A stretch of 64,000 bases of DNA. It comes from the human T2T-CHM13v2.0 reference genome, Homo sapiens. The stretch is from NCBI RefSeq assembly GCF_009914755.1, contig NC_060929.1. One strand, given 5' to 3'. Each line of letters starts with the position of its first letter. Positions within the stretch are counted from its first letter, which is position 1. Below, piece by piece: positions 18,159-38,965 of this stretch. The notes under the pieces are model-generated. The model had not been told where the DNA came from and made no database searches. It worked only from the letters and a program-made list of their open reading frames with translations. Position numbers and translations under genes: made by a program.

Positions 18159-19767
18159 CTGCAACCAACAAGAACCAGCACATGAGGACACAGTCTTTGC
18201 TATGGCTGAGAGTGATCACAGCAGCAGTGACAAAGAGCCTAGAGGTGACTCGTGCTGGACAACTTCGCAGGGGCCCAAGAAGAGATGCTTGGGCCTAGAA
18301 AGTTCTCCACAGTGCTTGCCCTTCAGGTTTTCCCTGATCGCCAGAAACAACAACATTGGAATCACAGGAATTAAGAACTTCTGCTGCAGTGAGTTAACTC
18401 CCAATCAACAGTCCTGGAGTCATCCCAGCTGTCCTAGAAGTTAGGAAGCCCCCCTCAGTTCGGGTTCCCAGTCACCACAAGTCCCAGGCATGTTGGGGAA
18501 ATGTTCTCCAACTGGTCAGCACTCTCATTCATAAAAAATGTGTTCTGGCCGGGTGCAGTGGCTCATGCCTATAATCCCAGCACTTTGGGAGGTTGCAGTG
18601 AGCCGAGATCATGCCACTGCCTTCCAGGCTGGGCAACAGAGTGAGACTTTGTCACACACACACACACACAAAGAGTGCTCTTTACTTTAAAAAAAATTTT
18701 TTTAGAGATAGGGTCTTGCTGCATTGCCCAGACTAGTCTCAGATTCCTGGCCTCTAGTGATCCTCTCACCTTGGCCTCCAAAAGTTTGGGATTATAGGTG
18801 TGAGCCCTGCATCTGGCCAAAAAAGTGTTCTTATTTCACTTGAGTGCAATAGTTTATGTTGGAAACAGTTCACACATCAGTAGTGATATTTTAACTTGTA
18901 GTCCAAAAAATTTCCTGAATTCTCTTCTGAAACAATCTTAGTAGAAACCTTCCTGCTTGACTAAAAACAAAGTCTTCATCATAGTCTTATTTCAGTTTAC
19001 TTTAGACAAATATTTTCTGAAATTAAGAAATGTATTTCCAATGTCTCAAGGAGGGTTCAAAGGCTGAATAGTTACATATGTTTACCAACATGTCTCCTTT
19101 CTATGTACAAACGTGCAAACCTTGCCCAATTTCATTTAAACATACAATCCGTAGCACCAATCAATAGAAACCTCAAAAAAAAGAAATCTTTTAAGGCATC
19201 CCGCACTCCCTACCTGTAATTCAGTCAACACTGTCAGAAACACAGAAAGAGTATTTCTTCATGATTCTTTTACCTGGGGAATTGTTAAATGTTTGCCTTG
19301 CCACTCTGTTACCTACAACTCTATATATACATATGTACATATGTATTGTAATAATTATACATTTATTTTGCTGAACCATTTGAAAATAGGCCACAGATAT
19401 TACGTCACCTTGCCCCTAAATACCTCAACATATATCTCCCGAGAAGAAAGACATTCTCCTATGTGATCACAACACCATTATCACAGCTAAGAAAATTAAC
19501 ATCAGTCCATTATCATCCAATGCATCCATGCAAGATCAAGTATAGCATTTAGTTTCTTTTAAGCTAAAACTGTCCCACCTTTTTTGTTTTTCATTATGTT
19601 AAATTTTTTGGAAGAACAGATCAGTATTCTTGTAGAATGTTTCATATTGATTGTTTCCTCATTATTAGATTCAGGTCAAACATTTTGGCAAGAATACCCC
19701 ATAGGCGACAACTACCTAGCACTCAATGGTTTTAGCATTCACTGAAGATCTTTGCCTGTAACAATGA

Positions 19768-22673
<2,906 letters not shown>

Positions 22674-22989
22674 TACCTCATTCTTTTTAAAATCTAAATA
22701 TTATTGCATTGTATCAATGTATAATATATACATTACCTACTAATTTGTATTGAGAAGGTCTTCAGTCTTTTGCTACTATATAATTCAGTAAGGCAGGCAG
22801 AGATTCGGAGCTTCGTTGGGAAATTCATCGTAAGTCAGTAACACAGGTTGGACTCTAATGCAGGGTCTGGGCTGTCAGCAGATCCCTTCCACATGAGCTG
22901 CCCATGGGGAGTCTTTGAATCCCCAGCCCAGTTTCCAATCTCTGCTTCCATGGCAGACACTCAGGACTCCCTCTCCTAAATTTACTATT

Positions 22990-23970
22990 TGTTTAATAAT
23001 GGTTTATTGAGAAATAATCCACGTACCATAAAGTTCACCCTTTTAAAATGTACAATTCATTAGTTTTTAAATACATTTTTAGAGGTGTGCATCTATCACC
23101 ACTATCTCATTTCAGGACATTTTTATCACCCCAAAAAGAAACTCTATACTCCTTAGTAGTCACTCCCACTTCTCCCCCAGCCCCTGGGACCCACTAATCT
23201 ACTTTCCCCTCTATAGATTTGCTTATTCTGAATATTTTACATAAAAGGAGTTATATAACATGTAGCTTTTTGTATCTGGCTTCTTTCACTTACTGTAATT
23301 TTTTCAAGGTTCATCCATGTTGTAGCATGAATCTGTTCATCCCTTTTTGTTACAAAATAGTATTTCATTGTATGGATATACACCATGTTGCTTGTCCATT
23401 ATCAGTTAATGGACATTGGGTTGTTTCCCCTTTGGGGTCGTTATGAATAATATTGCTATGGACATTCATGTACAAGTTTTTTTGTGGAAGTATATTTATA
23501 TTTCTCTTGGAATATACTAGGAGTAGATTGCTAGGTCAATAATCTTAATTTTCTTCTGAACCTTAAGAGGAATTGCCATATTGTTTTCCAAACTGGCTGC
23601 ATTCCTACCAGCAATGTACAAAGGTTCCAATTTATCTGCTTCTTTATAAACACTTATCATCCACCTTTTTGACTATAGCCATTCCAGTGGGTATATCTCA
23701 TTGTGGTTTTGATTTGCATTTCCCTAATGACTAAAGATGTTGAACAAGTTTACATATGCTTACTAACCATATATATATCTTCTTTATTCATATATGGAGG
23801 AATATATAGGAGGAATGCCTATTCAGACCCTTTGCCCATTTTTCCAATTGGGTTATTTGTCTTCTTATTGTTGAGTTTTAAGAGAACTTTGTACGTTCCA
23901 GATAAAGTCCCTTATCAGATATACAGTTTTTAAATGTTTTCTCCCATTCTGTGGGTTGACTTTTCACATT
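22990..23970 (-). mobile_element. Old L1 (L1M-type) 3' region
   Basis: Typical antisense L1M 3' text (cattcatgtacaagttttt, gtggttttgatttgcatttccctaatgac). Confidence 0.8.
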
Positions 23971-23986
23971 CTTTTTTTTTTTTTGA

Positions 23987-24202
<216 letters not shown>

Positions 24203-24249
24203 TGATCCACCTGCCTTGGCCTCCCAAAGTGCTGGGATTACAGGCGTGA

Positions 24250-24465
<216 letters not shown>

Positions 24466-24884
24466 TAATGGCAAAGTACTTCCTGACTTCACGAAGAAAA
24501 TATCAATGGAGCCAGTCCAGAAAAAGGGCTCTCAGTGCCCAGGCCTTCTTGCTGTACAACCAAAAGGCTGGCAGCTGGTGTTCATCTTTTCCATTCAAGG
24601 CTCAGGGGTTAGCAACTTTATATATAATGGCAGCCCCCATCATAAACTGAACTGCATTTGCACAAAATAGCAGAGTTAGCCTATCCCTTCCTGCCTTATA
24701 TCCTGATGCTCACTTCTCATCCTTACTAGTACAATGTCCTTTGTGACATTTCTTTTCCAGAATAGGGCACTTTTGTCTGCACTAAAAAGTTGATGAGGTA
24801 GGGCTGGCCGCAGGGTTCACACCTGTAATCCCAGCACTTTGAGAGACTGAGGTGAGTGGAAGCCTTGAGCTCAGGCATGCGATA

Positions 24885-26104
<1,220 letters not shown>

Positions 26105-26424
26105 ATCTCTTTTTTAAAACTATTTATTTATTTATTTGTATATAGAGACAGGGTCTTGCTTTGTCACCCAGGCTGGATTGCAGTAGGGTGATCATAGCTC
26201 ACCTCAGCCTCGAACTCCTGGGCTCAAGGGATCCACCTACCTCAGCCTTCTGAGTAGCTGGGATTTTGGGTGCATGCCACCACACCTGGCTAAATTTTTA
26301 TTTTTAGTAGAGACAGGGCCTCGCTATGTCGCTCAGGCTCGTCTTGAACTCCTAGCTTCAAGAGATCCTCCTATCTCAGCCTCCCAAAGTTTTGAATTAC
26401 AGGCATGAGCCACCACACCCAGCC

Positions 26425-28970
<2,546 letters not shown>

Positions 28971-29185
28971 CTGCTGCCTCTCTTAAAGTAGAAGCAGGGT
29001 AGTCAGTTCATGTTATACCCTAATATTCCACTTCTATTCAGTCTTCCCTCTGAGGTCAAGAAGCTAGTATGCCTCAATTATCATCATCATCATCATTATC
29101 ATCAGTCAATACTTACATAGCACATCCAGGCACTCTTCTAAGCACTTTCCATAAAATCACTCATTTAATCTCACCACATGCTCAC

Positions 29186-29372
29186 CTTTGTACCCCAAGC
29201 AGCTGTTCCTCACTGTACGTGGAGTTCCCCTCACCCTGCCGGGTCTGAGTCCACTCATTCTCAGACTTCTTTTCCTTTTGTGCCTTCATGCAGTTACAGC
29301 AGCCACAGGGGTCATGACTCTCAGGAGGTGTGTCTTCTGGGTATTTGTTTCTTCTAACTGCGTCAATGTAAG
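29186..29372 (-). CDS. DNAJC18: DNAJC18 coding exon 2 ([14 protein letters not shown]...LLGVQR)
   Basis: tttgcag acceptor, CAAAG|GTGAG donor, 187 nt; matches ORF 29182..29394. Confidence 0.95.
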
Positions 29373-29754
29373 CTGCAAACAACAGCCCCTCCATTAGGTC
29401 TCCATCTGACCCTGAAAATCAACTTTGCAACCTGCCTTTCCTCTCTGGGAGGCTGCTCGTAAGCATGAGAAGGTAAGCATGATGGCCAGGGCTAGAGGCG
29501 TCATGCTGACTTTTAAGCACTCATACAAAGCTGAATAAACATGTTTCTCTGTGGTCCGTGGTCAGAAGAGACACTGCTCGTAAAATAGTATTTTTTGTTG
29601 CAGTGCCTCCCACCCCTAAAATTTAAAGTAGAGAGGAGTTCAATTCTTTTACACTAACAATTATAGAACTAATATATACCAAGGAACTTGGCTAGAAGAT
29701 CAAGAGGGCGGATGGGTAAGATCTACTCCTGACCACAAAGAGGTTAGTTTAATG

Positions 29755-30296
<542 letters not shown>

Positions 30297-30889
30297 TTTA
30301 AAGGGAGAAGATTCAATAACAACACCTGCAGAATGTAAAGAGGGTCATAAGCAATACAGTCAAAAGGGGCAGAGCACTCATGTCTTCTCTGGAGGACCTG
30401 AGAAAGGCTTTAACAACATCTTTCTTCCGCTTAACATCCCTCAGCTACCTCCACCCACTGCTCCTGGACAGTCTTCCTCTAAGTCGGCCTGGCTAACTCC
30501 GACGCATCCTTCTTGTCACCATTTGTAACACTTTCTGCAAGAAACCTCCCTTGACAGCCAGTCTGCGTTAGGTACCTTGTAAGTGTGCTCTCCAAATCCC
30601 TGACCTTGCTGTGTAGCCCAGGCGTTTTGTATTATTCGCCCGTTTTGTAATTGGCTGTTCAGTCGTCAAACTCTCTCAGTGGGCTGCGAGTTTTGTGAGC
30701 TAAGGGACCCATGTCAGTCAAATCCCCACTGCAGAATCAGCATTAGGCGGGGCACACAATAGGTATTGGATCAATATTTTTTGCCTGACTGTAGGGTGGA
30801 AAAGGCTGGTCCTGATGCCGGCTGGAGCGACATGATCAAACAGGGACTGAAGGTCAGGTGGCCCAGTTAGGCGAAAGATAAGGGCCAGG

Positions 30890-31450
30890 TTAGCAAGCTG
30901 CGGAGAGACCGCAGCACCCCACGGGCCCTCCAGTCACCTTGGCATGGGCGGGGCCTGACAGCTGCGGGCCCTGGGCGGGGCACGGGCGGGGGCGGGGCTG
31001 GGGGCCGGAGGCAACAAGTCGTCACCGGTGACTCTGGGCTCGCGGTCGGTCCCCAGCTTCCCTACCCCATCCGCAACCCTACTCAGGCTCAGCATCTTTT
31101 CACAGGCCTCTATCCATCACCTCAGACCCAGGATCTCAGCCCTTGTGCGTCTTCAGGATCCTCATCCCTGATCTCTCCCGAAGGCCGCCCTATCCCTCCT
31201 TCAGGCGGGGACCTAGTACCTTCCGTCCAGCGCTCCCCGCTGCCCAGAGTCGCCGCCATATCGGTTCCCAATCAGCAGGTCCGCCGAGCCTCCCCCGCGC
31301 CCGAGGCTGAAAGAGAAGGGGGCGCGGAGCGCGGGGCACGCTGGTCATTGTAGTCCAGTCCATATGAGCTCCCGGGGCACTGGACTACAACTCCCGGCAG
31401 GCTCTGCGCCAGAGGCCGTGGGAGATGCAGAGAAGTGCTCGACCTTCGTC
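30890..31450. promoter_or_regulatory. CpG-island promoter of DNAJC18 with GC boxes, a CCAAT, YY1-like ATGGCG and ACTACA-type ZNF143/THAP11 motifs
   Basis: High GC and CpG density; GGGCGG repeats at 30973-31000; ccaat near 31268; ggactacaactcccggcag at 31382. Confidence 0.85.
31220..31259 (-). CDS. DNAJC18: DNAJC18 coding exon 1 (MAATLGSGERWTE)
   Basis: ATG at 31259 inside a CpG island; 40 nt ending GAAG|GTACTA; phase 1 joins exon 2. Confidence 0.93.
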
Positions 31451-32387
31451 AGGAGATCTGTGGAAGAGTGCTGCTGCCAGCTGCCAGCTGCCTGCAGCAC
31501 GGCTCTTGGCTTTTCCTCATTTGTAGAGTTGGGATAGTGGCTTCGGCCCTGCCTAACCCTAGGGACATCCAAGGAGGGGCGACTGAAGTCCTGCCTGGAA
31601 AGGGCTTCGCAAACTATAGGCTAGAGGGTGACAGTATGACTATTATGCTCCTCAGGGATGTCTTTTTGAAGCATACTCTAATGCCTGTTCTGTGCAGTCA
31701 GTGGTAGGCCCTGGAGATTCAGAGATGGGTTTTGGGGATGCGGAACCCAGCCTTTGGAAGCTTGAGTCAGGAAAATAGAAAAGTGATGTAGATTTATGGG
31801 GTTGGAGGGCAATCTCAGTATGTCCCTACTGCCCCAGCTCCTCAGGCACTGGACATCAGAGGGTATCGGGGTGGAGAAAGAAGACATGGAAAGGTATTGG
31901 GGCCGGCATGAAGAGCCTCCATCTTTGCTGTTCCTGTCCTTCCTCCAACCCATCCTACTCCAACACCCCTCTGACACTTTTCTCCTCTCTTCCAGTCTAG
32001 TTATCTCTTTAGCCCATTCGTTTCTTTTCTGAAGGACCAGACATTGAGATTAGTAAAAAGGAAATGAGGAAATAAATATTCTTGCTGTTCCTCATCCAGG
32101 TATGGATGGAACCTAGCAAAGAATAAAAGCAACACTTTCTTCATAGGTGGATGGCTACAGTTCATCCCCAAACAAAAAATTACCCAGAATTAACTGAGGT
32201 CTTACCCAAGAAGACCAAATCAATCATGATATCAACTAGCACCTACTTAGGCAGTTGGGGAGAGATGTATATTCCTGGACATAAACTTGGAAGGGTAAAA
32301 GCACCAAAGGGCATGCAGTTCCAGCCCTTGCCTACAGTCATGGCCCTGGCATCACTGACATTATGCCCACTTAAGAACTCAGAGAAC

Positions 32388-33169
32388 GGCCGGGCGCGGT
32401 GGCTTATGCCTGTAATCCCAACACTTTGGGAGGCCGCGGCAGGCGGATCGCGAGGTCAGGAGATCGAGACCATTCTGACCAACATGGTGAAACCCCGTCT
32501 CTACCAAAAATACAAAAATTAGCTGGGCATGGTGGCGTGTGCCTGTAGTCCCAGCTGCTCGGGAGGGAGGCTGAGGCAGGAGAATCGCTTGAACCCAGGG
32601 GGCGGAGGTTGTAGTGAGCCAAGATCGCGTCACTGCACTCCAGCCTGGGTGACAGAGTGAGACTCTGTCTCAGAAAAAAAACAAAAAACAAAACTCAGAT
32701 AACAAGGCCTTTCAAGTGGAAAAAGCACTGGTCTAGAAGTTGTATAGGTGTTATATTAATAGCTGGGGTTTTGCCACAAATCATTGCGTGATCCTGAACA
32801 TCTCCTTTTTCCTTCTTCTTTGGCCTCAGTCTCATCACCTATAAAACGAGAAGGTTGGATTCAATTAGTAGTTTTGTTTGTTTGCTTTTTGAGACAGAGT
32901 CTTACTCTGTCGCCAGGCTGGAGTGTAGTGGCATAATCTCGGCTCACTGCAACCTCTGACTCCCTGGTTCAAGCGATTCTCCTGCATCAGCCTCCCGAGT
33001 AGCCGGGACTACAGTCGCACGCCACCATGCCCAGCTAATTTTTGTATTTTTGGTAGAGACGGGATTTCACTATGTTGGCCAAGATGGCCTCAATCTCCTG
33101 ACCTTGTGATCTGCCCGCCTCAGCCTCCCAAAGTGGTGTGATTACAGGCGTGAGCCACCGCACCCGGCC
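32388..33169. mobile_element. Inverted Alu pair upstream of DNAJC18 (plus about 32388-32690, minus about 32873-33169)
   Basis: Alu consensus. Confidence 0.88.
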
Positions 33170-36100
33170 TCAATTAGCGGTTTTTAAATTGAGGAATCCT
33201 TAAGGCTTAATGTGCAGATGTCTCTGGAATCTTCTATTGAGGAGTGGGAGCGGGGAGGAAGGCATAGCAGGGAAGGCACTAGCACCTCACCCTTCTTCAA
33301 TCAAAGAAGCTCTGTTTTTTTCTGTTTTGTATTTTGTGGTCTACTAAAGGAAAGAAAACCTACATGTTTGAAAACTACCAAACCAGTTGACCACTAAAGG
33401 CTTGTGTCATTTGTAATATCAGTTTCTCCTGGAGCACTTAAAGTCAGTGTTCTTCCCTCATCCCCACCCCCATAAGCACTGAGAAAGTAACAGTTGTCTA
33501 GAAATTTGGTCATTTTCACTTAATTTAGGAGGAGGAATTTAGCATAGTGGTTAAAAAATCTGCATAGGATTGCCGTAGGATATAGTAAGATAATGCTTGC
33601 AAAGCTTTTAGCACCTCATCTGGCATGTAGTATGTGTTTAATAAATGCTGACCACTGTTATAGACTGGCTCAGAGGAAGAGAAACCATTTTTTATAGTTT
33701 GACATTGTAAATTAGGAGCAAAGGGGTATATATGGGGTATATCATAAGGTCCTGGATATAACTAACTGGACCCCATTCCTGTCTATCTGGCAATCATTAC
33801 CTGCAAATAAGACAAGAAGCAAAACACTACCAAAAAGGGCTGGGAAGTTGCTTGTCCATGTACCCTAACCCCTGAATCCAGCCACTAAAACTGGTGATTT
33901 TCTCCCTTTCAGAAACAGAAGAAGATGGCAAAAGTGAACTAGTATGAGAAGGTTTTGGGTCATCCTAAATCCAATGAATTATGGATGTCCTTAAACTTGA
34001 GAGGCAAAGGAGGCCCCAGAACCATGAGATGAGTCAAAAGCTCAGCTCTAGGACACTGGACCTATGACCAGCTAACTAATCCACGGAGCAGTGTACTCAC
34101 AGAAAGCTGGATCCTGAAGGTCCTTCTTGTGCTCTGCAGCTGAGGGAACTGATCAGGGACATCCATCAGGTGGTTGAATATAAAAAGGAAGTTCTTCTGG
34201 TTTGGGGAGGCTAGACCGCCTGCTCTAGAAGATGGACAGCTGAGGGTGGGATAGACCTTGGAGTCCAGGGGCACAGGGAAAAGGTCTGGAGGTACTACCT
34301 GGAGATGTTAGAATACCATGAAGTCAGAGGTGTTTGGCTGAGAGTGGGCTGTTAGAGCACTGTAGGGGTTAACTGGATTGAGAGGAGCAACTATGAATTA
34401 TGAGACTATCTAGGAGCAGAGCCTAGGTTCAAGAGTATTGGACAAGATTTGGGAAGCTGGGGCCTCTTCCCAAATCTTAGCTGCTGTCTGGTAGCTAAGC
34501 ATCCTCTCTCCTCATGCTCTGAAACCTTACATCCCCTTCTTTTCCAGACTTCTTTTCATTTACTTCTAGAACAGTAACAAAAATGGTTTAGCATTATGAC
34601 CTTCTCAAATATTGCCAAGTATCCACATGTATTCTTCAGTTTGTTTACACCTCAACTAACACTTCTGGATGAATTTTTTTTTTATGATCGCATCACTTGG
34701 ACTAACGCGAAACTCTAAAGCTCAACATTAAGAATACTTCTGTGACAGTTTTTGCTTAAACTCATCAACTAGTCAGCAAAAATAATCCTCACTGTAAAGT
34801 TCAATTTCTGTGTTTTGTAAAAGAGGAAGCTGTGGGCCCAAAGAGTATAGGATGGAGATGCCAGTCGAAAAGGACCCACAGGAAAAGTGAGAGGGTAACT
34901 GGGAAGGAGATAAGGGAAGAGAAATTGGGGTCTCCAAGGCAGTTCTCAAAGAGAAGGAGGTAGATGTGGAAAGAAGTTTGACGAAGAGAGAAAGGAGGAC
35001 ATCCACAAACCCAGGAAAAGACTGGTGGACAGAATCACACAGTGTTTTCCAGCACATTCAAATTTAATAGAGTAGTACTAGCTGGGCTTGGGGAAATTGT
35101 GTGCCAGAACTAGGTCAAGGGGGCCTGCAATGATCCTTCATCTGCTAAACCATTTTACCTTAGGGCCAGCCTCAGATTTCTCTCAGTTTTCTCCACTTAC
35201 TTTATTTTTTTGAGACAGGGTCTTATTCTGTTACACGGGCTGGAGTGCAGTGGCGCTATCACAACTCACTGTAGCCTTGATCTCTTGGGCTCAAGCGATC
35301 CTCCCACCTCAGCCTCCTGAGTAGCTGGGACCACAGGCACATGCCACTATGCCCACTATGCCTGGCTTTTTTTTTGTTTGTTTTTAAGATATGGGATCTC
35401 ACTATATTACCCAGGCTGGTCTGGAACTCCTGGGTTCAAGCAATCCTGCCCCCGGGGACTTCCCAAGTGTTGGGATTAAGGCGCCTCCACTTACTTACAT
35501 GTTGAACTGTAATGGATTCTTGCTGGTGATACTGAGGTCTGTCCTGTGCCCTATATGATTGAGATGCTGCCCCATCCAGCCCTAGAAGAAAGAAGCTGAG
35601 TAAATGATCCTCCTGTCCCACTGGGCCTGTGTGTCTGTGCTGGTTTATTGGTTGCCCTCCCATAGGATGAGGGAAAAAATGAGAGAAGGACATTCTGCAG
35701 CTAGCCCCCAATCCCCGCCACCTGTTCCTGTTTAAGGACCACGTAGTCCTGTGTGAGAAAAGGGAGGAAGTCATCTTGTAAACAATCATCATCCTGTTGT
35801 CTAGACATGAAGGAAGAGATAGGGTTTCAAGGAAGCTGCAAGGGCTGCAGAAGGCTGCACTCAGATTTCCTGTCAGAGGTGGCATCTTGGATTTGCATAA
35901 ATAGTAGGCTCCTCCAGGAGAAACCTCTCTATTAGAGTTTGCTCCAGAGCAGAATTCAGCATTTAATTCATCCTCAACCCCTTCCCAAAGGATAGAGTTA
36001 CTTAGCAACAGGAAAATCCACATGGCTTATGTGGTACTGCGGTGTCAGTGTCAGGGTAAAAGCCTTTCAATCTCAAAGATTATTAATACCAGTTGTCTCC

Positions 36101-36427
36101 CTCTTCCCCCACATATAAATACCTTATGACTAACAGCTTATATACGCAGGTCATTGCCCAGAGTCAGAGGAAAATGTGTGGTTTTATAATGAAGATGACA
36201 GCTGAGTTACTTAGAATGAAGCCCCATGTCCTTGACCTGATTAGTCCAGTATGATGAGCAGCTGTACTCAGTGCCCATGGCAGGCAGAATAACAACAGCA
36301 CAAACAGAATCCTAGACATTGTTATGTCACCTGAGGGGTTCCATCCCAATGGTGGATGTTGGACCAGAAGTGGCTACTAAGTCATGTGCTGTTGGCTGTG
36401 AGATTTAAATCAAATATATATGAATTA

Positions 36428-36725
<298 letters not shown>

Positions 36726-38137
36726 TCAAAAAACAAAAAACAAAAAACAAACAACTAACCAGGTGTGATGGCTCACACCTATAATCCCAGCACTTCGGGA
36801 GGCTGAGGGGGGAGGATGTCTTGAGCCCAGTAGTTTGTAACCAGCCTGAGCAACGTAGCAGGACCTCATTTCTACAAAAAATTTAAATAAATTAGCCGGT
36901 TGTGGTGGCACACGTCTATAGTCCCAGCTACTTGGGAGGCTGAGGCAGAAGGATCATTTGAGCCCAGGAGTTTGATGTTGCAGTGAGCTATCATTGTGCC
37001 ATGCCACTGCACTCCAGCCTGGGAGGCAGAGCCAGACCCTGTCTTCTCTCCCCTCAAAAAATACTGCAGTATTGCTTTCGTAGGTTAGGTACCCCACAAA
37101 ATAGACTCTGAGACGCTGAGATTTGCATACTAAAGGTTTCTTAGTGAGCACCCCTGGAACAACAGCTATGAGGAGTAAGGGAAGTAGGAATGGGGGCAAA
37201 GGAATTGAGGCAAGGGGTCCAGGTCTTCATTCCCACTCTTAGCCCCCATCAGCCAATCATCAACCAGCCAACAATCCCACAGCTGGGGAACAAGCGCCTT
37301 GATCCTGAAGTGGGACCTGGGTGCTGGTGCCCTACTCCAAGCTGTCTGCTACAATTGCTCACTTCCCAAGTATCTCCATGTTTATTATCCCATTTTACCT
37401 AGCCACTAGCCTGTGAGGTAGCCAGGGCCAGGTAGGGCGCATTCTTCCCTGTTAATACACAGGAGAAATGGAACTCCTGAGAATGTGAAAGGCTTGTCCA
37501 GAGCTGCCTGCAACTTGTCTCTGGCTCTCACCCAGAGTGATCTCTACTTAGCACATTGTATTCATTTTTTCCTACGTCCAGAGTCTATAGAACTGTGGAA
37601 TGTAAGAATGAGAAAAGATAGTGAAGGCCAAGTCGTCCAGCCAGCTCACTTTAAAACCCGCCAGGCATGGTGGCTCATGCCTGTAATCCTAGCACTTTGG
37701 GAAGTCAGGGCAAGAGGATCACTTGAGCTCAGGAGTTTGAGACTGGCCTGGCCAACACGGCAAGAGCTTGTCTCTACAAAAAATTTTTAAAAATTAGCTA
37801 GGTGCAGTGGCTCATGCCAAGAGTCCCAGTTACTTAGAAGGCTGAGGTAGGATTGGTTGAGCTCAGGAACTCAAGGCTGCAGTGAGCCATGATTGTACCA
37901 CTGCACTCCAGCAGTGGTACAAAAAAAAAAAAAAGTAAAGATATAAGAGAACAGGCTTGGAGGAGGGGGACAATTGCACCCAAAGTCTGTGGCAGAGCCC
38001 AATCTTATGATCAGATTTCCTTCACCCAAGAGCCAGTTTAGATTACCTAGGAAGTGCTGGGCACAGTGTGTCATGCAGGAGCTACAGACATGGGCAGGTT
38101 ACAGGCCCTGTCCTAGGGGATTTTAGAATACAGTAAG

Positions 38138-38415
<278 letters not shown>

Positions 38416-38605
38416 CATCTTACCCTGTCACCCAGGCTGGAGGAGAGTGGTGCAATCAACCATGGCTCACTGCAGCCTCTACCTCCCAGAAGCAAGTGAT
38501 CCCCAGCCTCCTGAGTAGCTGGGACCACAGGTATGTGCCACCACACCCTGCTAATTTTTGTATTTTTTTGTACAGACAAGGGCTTGCCATGTTGCCCAGC
38601 CTGGT

Positions 38606-38965
38606 TGATATGGTTTGGTTCTGTGTCTCCACCAAAATCTCATCTTGAATTGTAATCCCCATAACCCCCAAATGTCGAGGGAGGGATCAGGTGGGTGGTG
38701 ATTGGATAAAGGGAGTGGTTTCCTCCATGCTGTTCTCATGGTAGTGAGTGAGTTCTCATGAGATCTGATAGTTTTATACGGCAGTTTTTCCTGATCTTGC
38801 TCACTCTCTCTCCTGTTGCCTTGTGAAGAAGGTGCCTGCTTCCCCTTCCATCATGATTGTAAGTTTCCTGAGGCCTCCCCAGCCATGCAGAACTGAGTCT
38901 ACTAAACCTCTTTCCTTATAATTACCCAGTATTTCTTTATAGCAGTGTGAAAATGGTCTAATACA
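38606..38965 (+). mobile_element. THE1 (THE1D-like, ERVL-MaLR) solo LTR inserted into an Alu
   Basis: TGATATGGTTTGG start, CTAATACA end, 360 bp; 5-bp TSD ctggt/cttgt; Alu sequence resumes on both sides. Confidence 0.88.

Noticed and set aside
17941-18444. 167-aa plus-strand ORF
   Set aside because: Antisense shadow of DNAJC18 exon 4; no independent support
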